From positions 3,598,001-3,662,000 of the forward strand of contig CM075992.1 of the NCBI GenBank assembly GCA_038087875.1: 64,000 nt of DNA, written 5' to 3'. Positions 62,752-64,000 of this stretch are shown here, in pieces (the first letter of the stretch is position 1; every line of letters starts with the position of its first letter). Position numbers and translations under genes: made by a program. The DNA is from Malacoraja senta (lineage: Eukaryota). The notes beneath the pieces were generated by a model, which was given only the letters and a program-made list of their open reading frames with translations, ran no database searches and had not been told where the DNA came from.

Positions 62752-63590
62752 AGTGTTTAAGAAGGAACTGCAGATGCTGGAAAATCGAAGGTAGACAAAA
62801 ATGCTGGAGAAACTCAGTGGGTGCAGCAGCATCTATGGAGCGAAGGAAATAGGCGACGTTTCGGGCCGAAACGTTGAGCATACGTTTAGAAGGGAATGTC
62901 ATAGATGCTGGTTGACATTCAAAGACATGCCTAGAGAAAGTAGTATCCAGGTGGGTCACAGAGATGAGGGGGGGGGGGGGATGTGGATGGGGAAAGATGG
63001 GTGGGGGATGGGGGGTTTTTGTAGGGGGGGGGGGGCAGAAAGCAGAGGGGTTGTTAGAGGCTACCTAAAATTGGCGCGTTCAATGTTCATACCACTGGGT
63101 CGTTCAATGTTCATACCATTGGGTCGTAAGCTACCCAAGCGGAATAGGAGGTGCTGTTCCTCCAGTTTGCGTGTTTAGTTTATTGTCACGTGTACCGAGG
63201 TATCGTTGCGTGCTAACCCAGTCTGCGGAAAGACAGCACATGATTACAATCGAGCCGTCCACAGCGTACAGATACACGATAGAGGGAATAACGTTTCGTG
63301 CAATGTTAAGTCTGGCAGTGGAGGAGGCCCAGGGCAGAAGGGTCAGTGTGGGATTGGGAAGAGGAGTTTAAACGGTGGGCAACCGGGAGATCCGGCTGGA
63401 CTTGGCAAACGAGCACAAGTGTTCGGCAAAAACGGTCGCTGATTCTACGCTTTGTCCTGTCGATGTGGAAGAGCCCATTTCGGGAACAAGGTGAGGTGAA
63501 GGTGAACCTCTATCTCACCTGGAAGGACTGCTGGCGTCCCTGGATGGAGGTGAGGGGGCAGGTATAGGGACAGGTGTTACATCTCCTGCA
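62752..63590 (-). mobile_element. Decayed Penelope-like element (possibly Neptune-type), interrupted by a Rex1-type UTR
   Basis: CRRCNTCPY linker, degenerate GIY-YIG, KLEEQHLLFRLGSLRPNGMNI terminus and a terminal unit. Confidence 0.65.
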
Positions 63591-63778
63591 GACACGGGGA
63601 TTTGTTTTGCAAACCAACATCAGCAGTTCCTTGTTTGTACAAAAAGTGCTTGAAATAGTTTACAGGGAAACATCACTTACTTCCTCATTCATTCATACTT
63701 AAAAAAAATAAAAAAATTTTGACTAAAAGTTTAATCAAAAGTGACAAAATTAAGCATAATTCAAATATGTTGAGTGAG

Positions 63779-63859
<81 letters not shown>

Positions 63860-63911
63860 TCTCTCATTTTCTGTCTCTCTCTCTCCCTCTCTCCCTCTCT
63901 CTCTATCACAC

Positions 63912-63942
<31 letters not shown>

Positions 63943-63948
63943 GTCTCC

Positions 63949-64000
<52 letters not shown>
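63779..64000. repeat. (CT)n microsatellite
   Basis: Seen directly. Confidence 0.98.

Overview
This is repeat-dense vertebrate DNA, either intronic or intergenic. HE1-type V-SINEs paired with CR1 LINEs point to a cartilaginous fish (inference). I found no intact host gene. The long ORFs are decayed CR1, Rex1/Babar, L1, L2 and Penelope fragments or microsatellite read-throughs, and only two weak + strand micro-exon candidates were seen. The window also holds about 12 PIF/Harbinger-type MITEs, a Tc1 end, microsatellites and two 200-N gaps. The most interesting signal is non-coding. (1) Three TSD-bounded copies of a ~140-bp retroposon begin exactly at G1 of a compact 54-nt HDV/CPEB3-like ribozyme fold (23236-23375, 40768-40907, 11935-12041). 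(2) A ~300-bp RTE-type element begins with a variant HDV-like fold (13371-13516). (3) Many Penelope-derived units carry minimal hammerhead cores, and three of them are discrete ~100-bp TSD-bounded insertions. Folds were derived by manual base-pairing and catalytic activity is untested. Family names come from motif recognition, not database searches. SINE and LINE boundaries are approximate, and further small fragments are not listed.
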